A stretch of DNA of 64,000 nt from a virus, in the IMG/VR virus record IMGVR_UViG_3300032238_001058, positions 18,625 through 82,624 of that record, one strand, 5' to 3'. Within the stretch, counting starts at the first letter, position 1. Each line of letters opens with the position of its first letter. The translations under genes and the position numbers were made by a program. A model generated the notes under the pieces. That model saw only the letters and a program-made list of their open reading frames with translations. It was not told the origin of the DNA and did not search any database. Positions 8,463-18,107 of the stretch are shown here, one piece after another.

Positions 8463-10748
8463 ATGGCTGACGCTAAAGCACGACTTCAAGAAATTATCGA
8501 TGCCTATCTCAATAAAGATAGTAGCGTTGTAGTTGATACAAGTATCGTTGCAGCCCACGTTGCTCAGATGAAGCTTTTTGGCATCCGCCAAGGAGTTGAA
8601 TTTTTTCCAACACAAGATAACTTTGGAGCACAACGCAAAGATTTTCTCGACCGTGTGCTTAAATACAATAAATTAGATACGCGCCTTGATTCGATCTGGG
8701 AGTATTTCCTGTGTGATGGCAAAGGCCTTTTTTACATTCGACCCACTAAACAAAACTATCGGCTTTATTATTTTCGTGAACATGAATACCGTGCTTATTA
8801 CAATGTTGATGGCGAGCTGGACGAAGTTGTAATTATCTACAGCTACAAGGTTCGCAAAGGAAATGGATTTGGGGATCAACTGAATACAACAAATCTTACA
8901 GGAACGCAAAGTACTTATAACCCTGGGGCTAAGCGTTATATCCGTTTATCTATTAAAGCTAAACAGATTGAAGAAACTCACTCCGATTCGGAGATGACTT
9001 TCGACATGCCCACCTACGCTTTAACTGGGAGCACCAAACAGCTTAAGAACAGTCTTGGTTTTATTCCTTGCGTAGAGATTATCAATAATACTCAAGGATT
9101 CTCTAACGAAGGTTCAGGAGAATTCGACTCAGTAGCAAATCATATTTGTACACATGATGAATTGATGCGCACTATGCGCAAAAATATTACGTTCTTTGGT
9201 AACCCAACACTTCTTTCTTCTCGTCCCAAGACGGACTTGATGGAAGCAGGTGGGGATTCTGTAGTTCAGCGCCCGTCTATTGCCGCTAATTCGGGCTTCA
9301 CAAGTCCTGCTGCATTAAGTCGATCTACTTTTAAAGCTGATCCGGTTAGCCGTGGTGTAGATGGACAGATCCGAGTTCCACGCGTAATTGCAAACCTAGA
9401 GCCCAACGACCGAGTTGGATACATTGTTCCAGATGCCATCACTGGTGACCAAAACTCATTTGCTCGTCAATATCGTGAAGAGATCCGCACTGCTTTGGGT
9501 GGTGTCGATGAACTGTCCATTTCCGCAGGCGTTACCGCAACAGAATACAAATCATTATTTGGTCGTGTTGCAGCGACATCTAAGAAAAAAGCAAATGCTA
9601 TTTATACTCATGGCATCTCTCGTTGTCTTGAGTTAATTATTTACCAAGAAGAACAATTGTTCAAGACAACTCTTGGTATCGCAGCAGGCCTTGAGAAACC
9701 CGTGGATCTGGCAGATGGAGCAACTCCGGAAGAAGAATCTGCTTATCAAGAAGCGATGAAAAAATACAACGAGATGTTGAAAAAACTTATGATGGCTTGT
9801 GTGGAAACACAACAGATCCCACCCAAAGTTATTGGTCTTATTCCTGACGGTGATGTAACAGTGTTATGGCGCTGGTTGGGTCCTGTTTATGAAGACTCTA
9901 CGCAGGACATCCTTAACAACTCCATCGTGGTACGCAACCTACAAGAATTAGGTGTTGATAGCATTGAAGCACTGAAATACCTCTTCCCGTCTAAGACGGA
10001 TGAGGAAAGGGCCGAGATGTTATCTGGGTTCCCTTTCAGGATGGTGAACGAATTGCAGGGTGCTTATTCTCAATTCGCTCGCTTAGTGGGGGGCATGATG
10101 CAGACCCCTCACCCACAGGCGCCGGATTTACCGATGGCTGCGGATCCAAGATTGGATTTAACTCCGTATCTGTATCGAACTTTAGAAGCTTTACAAAAGG
10201 AGATGAGTTATGCAGGACGCTACCGTCCAATCGATCCCACAGACGAGCCAATCACCAGTGGCGGTGGCTCCGAGCAGCTACGTGGTTCCGGCCCAAGCTC
10301 CGGCACCTCAAGCTCCGGTGGGGATGCCGGTTCAGTATCAGGTGGGTACCAGCTACCCCCAAGCAGTACCACAGGCGGCCCCCAATTACCAATCAGCCCC
10401 TACGCAGTACGCCCCCCAATCCCAACCGGCAGCTCCGACCAACCCCTGGGAGTCGGCGTTCAACAAAGTAGTGGGACTGTTGAGCAGTCCAGTTCAATCC
10501 CCGTTCCAGGGTCAGTCATCTCCGACGACGCAATACGCCCCGGCGAATTACGGTCAGCAGTACAGCAACCCAGCTACGCAACAATCGGCTCCGCAGACCT
10601 GGTCACCCAACCAGGACTACTCGCCCAGCTCTTCCCAAACCTCCTCGGGTCCGTCCTTGGCGGAAGTAGCGGATTACCTGGGGTGGAGCAACGAAACGCG
10701 CCAAGTAATCGACGCGTACGGTCTAGAAGCACCCGCAATCCTAAATAA
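8463..10748 (+). CDS. Portal protein with long C-terminal extension
   Basis: ~580-aa globular/helical core between terminase and scaffold/capsid; the last ~180 codons overlap the next gene. Confidence 0.75.
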   Translation: MADAKARLQEIIDAYLNKDSSVVVDTSIVAAHVAQMKLFGIRQGVEFFPTQDNFGAQRKDFLDRVLKYNKLDTRLDSIWEYFLCDGKGLFYIRPTKQNYRLYYFREHEYRAYYNVDGELDEVVIIYSYKVRKGNGFGDQLNTTNLTGTQSTYNPGAKRYIRLSIKAKQIEETHSDSEMTFDMPTYALTGSTKQLKNSLGFIPCVEIINNTQGFSNEGSGEFDSVANHICTHDELMRTMRKNITFFGNPTLLSSRPKTDLMEAGGDSVVQRPSIAANSGFTSPAALSRSTFKADPVSRGVDGQIRVPRVIANLEPNDRVGYIVPDAITGDQNSFARQYREEIRTALGGVDELSISAGVTATEYKSLFGRVAATSKKKANAIYTHGISRCLELIIYQEEQLFKTTLGIAAGLEKPVDLADGATPEEESAYQEAMKKYNEMLKKLMMACVETQQIPPKVIGLIPDGDVTVLWRWLGPVYEDSTQDILNNSIVVRNLQELGVDSIEALKYLFPSKTDEERAEMLSGFPFRMVNELQGAYSQFARLVGGMMQTPHPQAPDLPMAADPRLDLTPYLYRTLEALQKEMSYAGRYRPIDPTDEPITSGGGSEQLRGSGPSSGTSSSGGDAGSVSGGYQLPPSSTTGGPQLPISPYAVRPPIPTGSSDQPLGVGVQQSSGTVEQSSSIPVPGSVISDDAIRPGELRSAVQQPSYATIGSADLVTQPGLLAQLFPNLLGSVLGGSSGLPGVEQRNAPSNRRVRSRSTRNPK

Positions 10749-11172
10749 TTATGGTCTTCAGCTTGAAGCCATGCTGGACAGTGCTGTTGCCTGGGGCGGC
10801 AAAGCAACTGAAACTCTGAACCGTTATGCCAACTTCTCTGTTGCTGAGCATCAAGAGAATCTGGCTTACAACGAAATCCTGACAAATCCCGACGTACTTA
10901 GCGATTACACGCTGAAGTTCTTTGGTCCTGAAGGTCCGTACCCTGTGTACGAAGATGAGTCCCAGCTTGAAACCCGTGGTTATCCGACTGCTGCTGTTCA
11001 AGATTACATGAGCAACTTCCCCGCACCTCCTGCTGCTTCTGCTCCCCAACAGCCTGAAAACTTCTGGGGCAGTTTCAAGCAACAAATGGATGTAAACCCT
11101 GAGAATGCTTGGCGTCTTCTGAACCAAGCCCAACCTCAAGTCGTTGCCAACAAACTGTTTGTAATGGAGTAG
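10210..11172 (+). CDS. Putative capsid scaffolding protein
   Basis: AAGGAG Shine-Dalgarno 7 nt before ATG; P/Q/A-rich N-terminus and acidic helical C-terminus; lies between portal and capsid. Confidence 0.65.
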   Translation: MQDATVQSIPQTSQSPVAVAPSSYVVPAQAPAPQAPVGMPVQYQVGTSYPQAVPQAAPNYQSAPTQYAPQSQPAAPTNPWESAFNKVVGLLSSPVQSPFQGQSSPTTQYAPANYGQQYSNPATQQSAPQTWSPNQDYSPSSSQTSSGPSLAEVADYLGWSNETRQVIDAYGLEAPAILNNYGLQLEAMLDSAVAWGGKATETLNRYANFSVAEHQENLAYNEILTNPDVLSDYTLKFFGPEGPYPVYEDESQLETRGYPTAAVQDYMSNFPAPPAASAPQQPENFWGSFKQQMDVNPENAWRLLNQAQPQVVANKLFVME

Positions 11173-11176
11173 GCAA

Positions 11177-11788
11177 ATGCAAGCACTAGGGAAAAAACAC
11201 CCTTTACTTGCATATGGAGTTCCCGCCGGTATTGGCATTGCCGCCGGCGGCCTTCTTGCTGGGCAAGGTGAAGATCCAGGAAGTATTGCTTTAGGTGGCG
11301 CCGCTGCTGCTTTAGGCGCTCGTGGTGCTTTGGGGACAGGACGCGTACTTGCTGGTAAATACAATCCAGAATTAATTGCCGCTGCACAAAAACAAGTAAC
11401 AGGTCTTGGTAATCGTCTTAGCGATGCCATGAGAAACTTGCCTGAAACCAGTAATGTAAGGCGGGCTGTTGGTAATGTTGCTGCCGACGTTGTTGCCGGA
11501 GCAGATGCGCGTTTGTTTGGTAACCCAAATTCTGGCCGCAACGCTTTAATTCCTTTTCCCACAAAAAATGTGCAAGGAAATATTGCTAAAGGGCTTACTG
11601 CTTTAGCGGTGCCTACATCCGCACTTGCTGCTGGTTTAGGTGGTGTCGCACTCGGTGCCGTACCTGGTGCCATGGGAATTCCTGGTTTCCAAGAAAAATA
11701 CATAGATCCCGAGCAATACGGCTCGAGTAATACAAGGGGTGCACTTGCAACCACTAATGGATCTATGACAACTGCGCAGTATATGTAA
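11177..11788 (+). CDS. Hypothetical Gly/Ala-rich virion protein
   Basis: 203 aa with hydrophobic Gly/Ala segments. Confidence 0.6.
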   Translation: MQALGKKHPLLAYGVPAGIGIAAGGLLAGQGEDPGSIALGGAAAALGARGALGTGRVLAGKYNPELIAAAQKQVTGLGNRLSDAMRNLPETSNVRRAVGNVAADVVAGADARLFGNPNSGRNALIPFPTKNVQGNIAKGLTALAVPTSALAAGLGGVALGAVPGAMGIPGFQEKYIDPEQYGSSNTRGALATTNGSMTTAQYM

Positions 11789-11805
11789 TTGAATAAATTA
11801 CAGCC

Positions 11806-11876
11806 TGCTAAAATTTGTGTTAGATAAGACATATGTGTCTTTATCTTTCACCCGATAAAAACACTGACACTGGAGG
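11806..11876 (+). promoter_or_regulatory. Capsid gene promoter (extended -10), leader hairpin and RBS
   Basis: TGcTAAAAT at 11806-11814; hairpin AAGACA-tatg-TGTCTT; GGAGG at 11872-11876. Confidence 0.6.
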
Positions 11877-11886
11877 ATAAACCAAG

Positions 11887-13050
11887 GTGTTTATTGACAA
11901 CGACTTTCCAAAGATTCTAGGGGCTGAGCTGTATCGTCCTCACCCTGCGTACATTACCGAAATGGCAGTAGAGCCTGTGGTTGTCCACGACTTTACTCGT
12001 CAACCCGGCCAAACTGTTCAGTTAGACCGCTATAAGTTCTGGGGTACCCCTGGCACTAAGGACAGCCGTGAGCGTATTGCCGACCAAACTATCGGTACCG
12101 CTAACAGCCGTAACATCACCAAGGAAAAGGTGTTGGTTGTGTTGAAAGAGTACACCGGCCCTGCAGACCCCGGCGATCCCACCCAGCCTAGCACTTTCAA
12201 GATTGCGCGTGAGACCTTGATCACCGCTCAGCGACTGCTTTTGGACAGCGGGAACCTTAATATGTTCCACCAGTCCATCGGTAGCCTGACGCTGCTTGAT
12301 GACTACCGTCGTTGGCGCGACCGCGTCTTCATTGACGAACTTGCTAAAGCTGAAGCTAACGGTCAGGCTAGCACAAGCCAGGGTGGTTACTACTTCCCCG
12401 GCGGTAAAGCAAAGGATAGCTCTGGCCGCATCTCGTACACTTCCACTGAGTACACCGCTGATGTTCAGCAGTTCTCGGTGCGTACCGACCTGTTGAACAT
12501 TGTTAAGGACCTGCGCAAGCGTAACGTCCCCACCTTTGCTGATGGTCTGTATCGCTGCATTTGCGATCCCACTTTCATGATGCACCTGCGTCGTGACCCT
12601 GACTTCCGCGAAATTGCTCGTTACGCTGGTAATCCTGGCCAAGGTATGTACATGGGTAACCCCATGCTGCCTAACAACGCTAGTTTCTACCAAGGTCCCC
12701 AAGCTGGTCAAGGTTACTTCCTGGCTGGCGAACCTGTCATGCCTACTGGCGTGCAGTTTGAAGGTGTCAAGTTCTTCGAGTCGACTAACTTCCCGACCAA
12801 GAACATCAACACTTCTTTCAATGGTGGTTCCACCTATGCTTCCCAAGAAGTTGCCCAAGGTTACTTCTTTGGTCCTCAATCGATCGGCGTGGGTATTGGC
12901 GGTCCCAATGCTCAAGTGCTGATCAACAACAACGACGATTTCAGCCGCTTTATCATATTAATTTGGCAACTTTACGCCGGTTTTGAAATTCTGAATAAGG
13001 ATTTTGTTACGACCGCGTTTAGCTTTGTGTCCGATGATGGTGGCGTCTGA
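11887..13050 (+). CDS. Major capsid protein
   Basis: 387 aa; strongest codon bias and RBS in the window; follows portal/scaffold; N-terminus MFIDNDFPKILGAELYRPHP recalled from cyanophage capsids. Confidence 0.85.
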   Translation: MFIDNDFPKILGAELYRPHPAYITEMAVEPVVVHDFTRQPGQTVQLDRYKFWGTPGTKDSRERIADQTIGTANSRNITKEKVLVVLKEYTGPADPGDPTQPSTFKIARETLITAQRLLLDSGNLNMFHQSIGSLTLLDDYRRWRDRVFIDELAKAEANGQASTSQGGYYFPGGKAKDSSGRISYTSTEYTADVQQFSVRTDLLNIVKDLRKRNVPTFADGLYRCICDPTFMMHLRRDPDFREIARYAGNPGQGMYMGNPMLPNNASFYQGPQAGQGYFLAGEPVMPTGVQFEGVKFFESTNFPTKNINTSFNGGSTYASQEVAQGYFFGPQSIGVGIGGPNAQVLINNNDDFSRFIILIWQLYAGFEILNKDFVTTAFSFVSDDGGV

Positions 13051-13082
13051 TAGTTAACCATACACTTACATAGGAAAAATAA

Positions 13083-13886
13083 ATGACCTATTTGTCTGCC
13101 AAGAAAATCTATCCCGGCAACTGGGCTGAACCCCTGAACGGCTGGTATAAGAATATCGACAATAGCCAAGACGGTACCAATGATGGTTCCAAAGGCGGCC
13201 CCACTTCTGTGCTGGCTACCCCTGGCTATCGTTATTTCCAACAGCGTGGTTACGTGGCAATTACTGCTACCTCTGGCACTGGCGCTGTTGCCTCTGCTGA
13301 TGTGATCGTTCCCTCGCCTTACCGCCAGGACGACACCCGTACCGACATCACCGGCATGGTGATCTCTGGTACCAGCACCCTCCCTGCTTACGTGTACCGC
13401 ACCGCAATCTCCGTGGCTTCTGGCTGGGGTGATAACCGCGTGGCCTCTGGTGTGTATGCAGCTACTGGTAACGTCATCTCCTTCGGTCGTAACAACAGTG
13501 GCAGCCCCACCGCTGCTTCCGGTGTTGGCGAAGGTGTGATTCAGGCTAACCTCACCTCCACCGTGTCTGGTACCCAAGCTGGCGAAATCTACTTCGCTGG
13601 TGGCACCGCTGGTTACGGCTCTGCTCCGTTCTTAATCGCCAGTGGTGCTGCTGGTGTTACTGCTGGTAACGTCAACTACGCTGCTACCGCTGCTACCACC
13701 CTGAAGGTATTCGCCAAAGAAACTGTTAACAGTACTTCTACTTCCGGTGGTTTCTATATCTCCAGTGGTGATTCCGCTGCTGGCCTTACTGGGTACCTGG
13801 TGGTTGAAGTGTGCTACATTCAACCTGATGTGGCCCCTGGTTACGAAGATATTGATGGTTACCTGACGGGTCGCACCGTTAGTTGA
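13083..13886 (+). CDS. Abundant virion structural protein (capsid decoration/minor capsid)
   Basis: Highly biased codons; beta-rich Gly/Thr/Ser composition; directly after capsid gene. Confidence 0.65.
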   Translation: MTYLSAKKIYPGNWAEPLNGWYKNIDNSQDGTNDGSKGGPTSVLATPGYRYFQQRGYVAITATSGTGAVASADVIVPSPYRQDDTRTDITGMVISGTSTLPAYVYRTAISVASGWGDNRVASGVYAATGNVISFGRNNSGSPTAASGVGEGVIQANLTSTVSGTQAGEIYFAGGTAGYGSAPFLIASGAAGVTAGNVNYAATAATTLKVFAKETVNSTSTSGGFYISSGDSAAGLTGYLVVEVCYIQPDVAPGYEDIDGYLTGRTVS

Positions 13887-13921
13887 TTAGGTTAAACTAG
13901 GACCAGGTAAATACTGGTCCT

Positions 13922-14350
13922 ATGACAACCCTTCCGTCAATGCTTTATCAGCACAAAAAAACCGGCGCACGCGTCAAGGTTGTAAGTGAATGGGATAACG
14001 GTGACTGGTTCATGGTCGAAGATCAGGACGGTCGTCTTTTCACCGCATACAAAACTGAGCTTGTGCCTGATGAAGAAGCCACGAAAAAAGTAAAAACTCT
14101 TCAGGTAAAAGATAAAGCTGCACAAGAAGAACCACGTACCTTTCCACCGGACGTGCGTTTAAACATTAATTCAGCTACCGCACAAATGATCGCTGATCAT
14201 ATCAAAGGAGTTGGATTAAAAACAGCAAGAGAAATTAAAGACCTTCAAATGTCCTTATCGGGTGAAAGGTTCAACACTCTCGAACAACTACGACAGGTTG
14301 GACGCATTGATTGGGACGCAGTGTTTGCTGCTGATTTAATAAGGGTTTAG
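13922..14350 (+). CDS. SH3-like N-terminus plus helix-hairpin-helix (ComEA-type) DNA-binding protein
   Basis: LNINSAT...IKGVGLKTAREI...F..LEQL. Confidence 0.75.
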   Translation: MTTLPSMLYQHKKTGARVKVVSEWDNGDWFMVEDQDGRLFTAYKTELVPDEEATKKVKTLQVKDKAAQEEPRTFPPDVRLNINSATAQMIADHIKGVGLKTAREIKDLQMSLSGERFNTLEQLRQVGRIDWDAVFAADLIRV

Positions 14351-14365
14351 TTCTCATCTTCAAGT

Positions 14366-14390
14366 GCCCCTGGGAAACCGGGGGTTTTTT
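14366..14390 (+). terminator. Intrinsic terminator
   Basis: GCCCCTGG-GAAA-CCGGGGGT followed by a T run. Confidence 0.85.
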
Positions 14391-14419
14391 AATCTTAAAA
14401 TAGAGAATAAAACTAGATA

Positions 14420-15055
14420 ATGGCTAATCGCTCTATTGTTGATGTTGGCAAGTACCTCCAAAGATTTGGGTTAAATGTTGGTGAAAACCCAGCGTTTGGC
14501 GGTGTTAGTAGTGGGCATTCTTTAACGGGATACCATCCTTCTGGTGAAGCAATTGATATACGTGATTGGCGTCCAGATGTGGCACCTGCTTATGAAGGAG
14601 GTAAGCCAATTCCCTGGAAACAACGCACAGGTGAACTGTCATGGCGTGCAAAACAACTTAACAAATTAGGAATCTTTAACGAAGTTTTAGGCCCTGGTGA
14701 CCAAGGTCATGACACTCATGTTCACTTAGCATTACAAGGTCAACAGGCAATTACTGATCCACAACTTGAATGGCTTGCTACCGGTCGCTATAAAACACCA
14801 GAAGGCAAACTGACGGATGTAATGCCAGGTGCTACACAAACTGGTTTTGGATCAACGGCATCTACAAGTACAGGCACGGATCCAAAAGAATTTTTAGTTG
14901 GTTATTTACTTGGTACTGGATTAAGTGGTAATCCAAAAGAAAGTCCACAAACAACAATGAAACGTCAATTTGTACAGCAACTATTGCAGCCGCCTGATTC
15001 ATCTGATATGATGATGCAATTTCTTTCAACTATGCCAAATCCGTACGCTGTTTAA
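14420..15055 (+). CDS. Virion-associated Zn peptidase (M15/Hedgehog-DD-peptidase-like)
   Basis: H..GEAID and GHDTHVH zinc motifs. Confidence 0.65.
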   Translation: MANRSIVDVGKYLQRFGLNVGENPAFGGVSSGHSLTGYHPSGEAIDIRDWRPDVAPAYEGGKPIPWKQRTGELSWRAKQLNKLGIFNEVLGPGDQGHDTHVHLALQGQQAITDPQLEWLATGRYKTPEGKLTDVMPGATQTGFGSTASTSTGTDPKEFLVGYLLGTGLSGNPKESPQTTMKRQFVQQLLQPPDSSDMMMQFLSTMPNPYAV

Positions 15056-15094
15056 TTCACTACATCTATAATTAAAAACATACGGAAGTAAGCT

Positions 15095-15556
15095 GTGCAG
15101 CTCAGCGATTTTGACAAAAGTAGAGTCCGGTACCACCTGGGCTACTTCACGGTTTCCGTGCCGGCGGGTGACTATGCTCGTTTAGAAGAAGCTCTTAACA
15201 CGGTACCTGATTCTTATTTTTACGACAAAATTGCAATTCAAATTGGCCGTTGCGATACAGCTGAAAAGAAAACTGAAGTTGCCACTTCACCTTCTACTCG
15301 CCTTGAAAGCATTGCTGGTGACGTTGACCGTACTATTCGGTCAAGTAATGCCAAAGAAGCATTAAAAGTTTGGGATGAAATCTACCTTTACGAAACAAAT
15401 CGTTTAGCTGGTATTCTTTACGTTCCCAACTACAAAGATCCGTTCCAGGCTCGTTACCGTTACGAACGCTCTGGTGCAGAATTTATCCAGGCATTACCTG
15501 GACCAGCTGATGTTTCCGTTGGCACCCGCATCTATTTACATGAGGTTTGGAGGTAA
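15095..15556 (+). CDS. Putative head-tail connector protein
   Basis: 153-aa helical protein in the head operon; function inferred from position. Confidence 0.45.
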   Translation: MQLSDFDKSRVRYHLGYFTVSVPAGDYARLEEALNTVPDSYFYDKIAIQIGRCDTAEKKTEVATSPSTRLESIAGDVDRTIRSSNAKEALKVWDEIYLYETNRLAGILYVPNYKDPFQARYRYERSGAEFIQALPGPADVSVGTRIYLHEVWR

Positions 15557-15558
15557 TT

Positions 15559-16368
15559 ATGGCAGGATTTAATCCTTCTTTTCGCCCAGGTAGTCAAGGC
15601 AACTTAGGCACTTCTCTCAATCAACTGGGAAGTAATTTAATGGGACTTGTGCGCCCGTTTCTACAACCAACTCCGTATGGCACAAATCCCTGGGCGTCAT
15701 CCGGAGCGCAGGGTGGCCATGTAAATGTTAAATCAGGCGGCCTTAGGAACTATGGTGCCAACTATAAACAGTCTGAACAGGCCGCTGGTGCAGCCGCTGA
15801 ACGTTTCCGTCCAGGTGCCGGGTTCCCTGGTCAACAAGGAAGTTCTTCTCTTGCCGCTGAACGTGCATATCAACAAGAAGCATCTCGCGTTGCACAGCTC
15901 ACTGCACAAGACCCCGAGCTTAAGCGTTACGAATTAGCTCGTCAGAAAGCAGTTGCTGCAGGTCCTGGTTCTGCAGCCGAACAATCTGCAGAAGACCTCG
16001 GTATGCAGATGTGGGCAAAAGCAAACCCCACTCTTGCCGCAAATGTAAAACCTGGTCAAGCAGGATACGATGCAATTCAAGGAACTTTAGCCGGCAATGC
16101 TGCGCGTGCAGGGCAAGGTTTTAAAATGCAGGAACAATTAGTCCCTACCCCCCAGGGATTTCCTACTAATGTGCCGGCCATGCCACAAGGATCAGGCTAT
16201 GCCACAGGGTACAATATTACACAGCCCCTGGCGCAAACACCTGCCATTTCTTTTGGTGGTCAACAGCAGGCACCGGCTTCTACTCCTGCCACCGAAAGTA
16301 TTTTTGGCCAGCCTTCGGTTATGGATGAAAAAATGTTTGAGCAATTCCTTAAACAAATTAAAAAATAA
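15559..16368 (+). CDS. Hypothetical virion protein
   Basis: GGAGG RBS before ATG 15559; Gly/Gln/Ala-rich. Confidence 0.6.
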   Translation: MAGFNPSFRPGSQGNLGTSLNQLGSNLMGLVRPFLQPTPYGTNPWASSGAQGGHVNVKSGGLRNYGANYKQSEQAAGAAAERFRPGAGFPGQQGSSSLAAERAYQQEASRVAQLTAQDPELKRYELARQKAVAAGPGSAAEQSAEDLGMQMWAKANPTLAANVKPGQAGYDAIQGTLAGNAARAGQGFKMQEQLVPTPQGFPTNVPAMPQGSGYATGYNITQPLAQTPAISFGGQQQAPASTPATESIFGQPSVMDEKMFEQFLKQIKK

Positions 16369-16445
16369 ACATCTGGCATTGCAACGCATGTAAGACCAGC
16401 CAACTGGACGCAGATCTATGATCTATGGGTGCCAGTGTTGTCGCT
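16368..16445 (+). ncRNA. Candidate structured leader RNA (multi-stem junction)
   Basis: Closing stem CTGGCATT/GGTGCCAG enclosing hairpins CCAG/CTGG and AGATC/GATCT. Confidence 0.45.
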
Positions 16446-16453
16446 TTAAACCA

Positions 16454-16570
16454 ATGATTCTCTGCCCTAAGTTTGTTAAACGTACTTTGACTTATCTAGC
16501 TACGGCCCTTGCGCTGCAAACCGTATTTATCCCTGGTCTCAAAGCAAGTTCAAATTGGGTAGGAGAATAA
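16454..16570 (+). CDS. 38-aa membrane/signal-like peptide (not in ORF track)
   Basis: MILCPKFVKRTLTYLATALALQTVFIPGLKASSNWVGE. Confidence 0.5.
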   Translation: MILCPKFVKRTLTYLATALALQTVFIPGLKASSNWVGE

Positions 16571-16580
16571 GGCAATCAAG

Positions 16581-17282
16581 ATGACTGAACGCGAACTATT
16601 ACAAAGTTACGTATCAAAACCAGCCACTCAAAATGCATTGCGTGTTATTCGCTTTGCAGAAGGTACTGAACGTGGCGGGCCTGATTCTTATCGCGTTATG
16701 CTTGGCGGCGGTCTCGCTCCAGATTTAAAACAACATCCGGGCAAAGTTATCAAAAGCGGTCGTTACGCAAGTGACGCTGCAGGTGCTTATCAGTTTTTAT
16801 CAACAACTTGGGACGCACAAGCAAAAGCTTTGGGGCTATCTGATTTCAGTGCTCCGAATCAAGATCTTGCCGCAACTCGACTTCTACGAAATCGGTTAAT
16901 GCCGATTGGGGGGTTATCCACTTTAGAAAAAGAAGGATTCAGTCCTCGCGTATCTGCAGCATTGGCACCTGAGTGGGCATCTTTACCTACTGAAAGCGGC
17001 AAAAGCTATTACGGACAACCTGTCAAAAATCTTTCTGAATTACAGAAAGTTTATGGGCAAGTTGCCACACCTTCTTCCACTGCGCAACAACAATCTGGTA
17101 GTGGGCAGGACACATCTTCTGGTAGTTTTCTTCAAGGGTTTTTGTCGGCAATGACTGATAATCAACCTAAGGAACTTTCTGTTACAGATTTGGTAAAGCA
17201 AGAACTAATGGCAAAACTTCTGTCGCCTCCTTCAGAAATGAACCCACTTGATTTTTTAGCTAATATGAGACCTTATGGTTAA
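16581..17282 (+). CDS. Lambda-R-type lysozyme/lytic transglycosylase, virion-associated
   Basis: IRFAEGT, SDAAGAYQFL..TW, DFS..NQD, EWASLP motifs. Confidence 0.85.
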   Translation: MTERELLQSYVSKPATQNALRVIRFAEGTERGGPDSYRVMLGGGLAPDLKQHPGKVIKSGRYASDAAGAYQFLSTTWDAQAKALGLSDFSAPNQDLAATRLLRNRLMPIGGLSTLEKEGFSPRVSAALAPEWASLPTESGKSYYGQPVKNLSELQKVYGQVATPSSTAQQQSGSGQDTSSGSFLQGFLSAMTDNQPKELSVTDLVKQELMAKLLSPPSEMNPLDFLANMRPYG

Positions 17283-17324
17283 ATCACGTTAGAATTGGAA
17301 AATCAGTAAAAGCGCAGTAGAACA

Positions 17325-18104
17325 TTGAGTTCGACATCGACAAACAAACAACCTCTGTTGGTTGATCGCCCACTGTTTGATTCAGTGCGTGTAACTACTC
17401 AAACCGTAGGTAGTGCATCTTCTAATACGTTGTTTGTCCAGGGGGGCCAAGCACCTTCCATCTTGGTGGACATGGATGCTTCCTTGAGTGAAGATAATAA
17501 CAGTGGTGGTGTGGTTGATTCCATCAGTATTGTCCGCAATGATTACTACCGTGATCCGGACTATACGGTAGCCACCACAACTTCTGGCACGCCCATTTCG
17601 TTGACCAGTGGTCAAATTGTTTTTATTTCTCAAACTGGCGTTCTTGCTACTCCTGCGCAAAGCGGGTATGGTTATTACACTTACACAGGGGCAACCACTT
17701 TAACGGGCATCAACACCAGCTTGATTTATTCAGGCGGTATTGCCAGTGGATTTAGTTACAACGGAATTAAATACGGATACCAGCCTGAAGTTACCTTTGT
17801 GGTTTATCAAACCCGTGGTACAACTACGCCAATCCCTGCTTCTGGCGACTACAAAATTGTGTTTGCCAAACGACTGCCGGCCGATGCTCAAGAGGTTGAT
17901 TGCTCTGACGTAATGCCTCAATTGGCTACACCTGTTGTTTCCGCAGGTAATACAAATGGACTTGGTCAAACTGCGCCTTTACGCAATAAAGGAATCTATC
18001 TAGAACGTGGCGATCGTCTTTATGTAGGTGTATTCCCTGATGGTCCCAATATTTCTGGATATACCCCTGGTGCGCACGTTTATGCGCAAGGCGGATTTTT
18101 CTAA
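17325..18104 (+). CDS. Virion structural protein
   Basis: 259 aa; beta-rich Thr/Ser/Gly composition. Confidence 0.6.
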   Translation: MSSTSTNKQPLLVDRPLFDSVRVTTQTVGSASSNTLFVQGGQAPSILVDMDASLSEDNNSGGVVDSISIVRNDYYRDPDYTVATTTSGTPISLTSGQIVFISQTGVLATPAQSGYGYYTYTGATTLTGINTSLIYSGGIASGFSYNGIKYGYQPEVTFVVYQTRGTTTPIPASGDYKIVFAKRLPADAQEVDCSDVMPQLATPVVSAGNTNGLGQTAPLRNKGIYLERGDRLYVGVFPDGPNISGYTPGAHVYAQGGFF

Positions 18105-18107
18105 ACT

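Noticed and set aside
12022-12915. 297-aa antisense ORF over the capsid gene (also 10741-11832 and 12972-13577)
   Set aside because: Expected shadow of strong codon bias on the sense strand; no RBS or recognisable domain.
13040-13083. Capsid read-through or frameshift into the downstream structural gene
   Set aside because: Tandem stops TGA TAG, no slippery heptamer, and the next gene has its own AGGA RBS.
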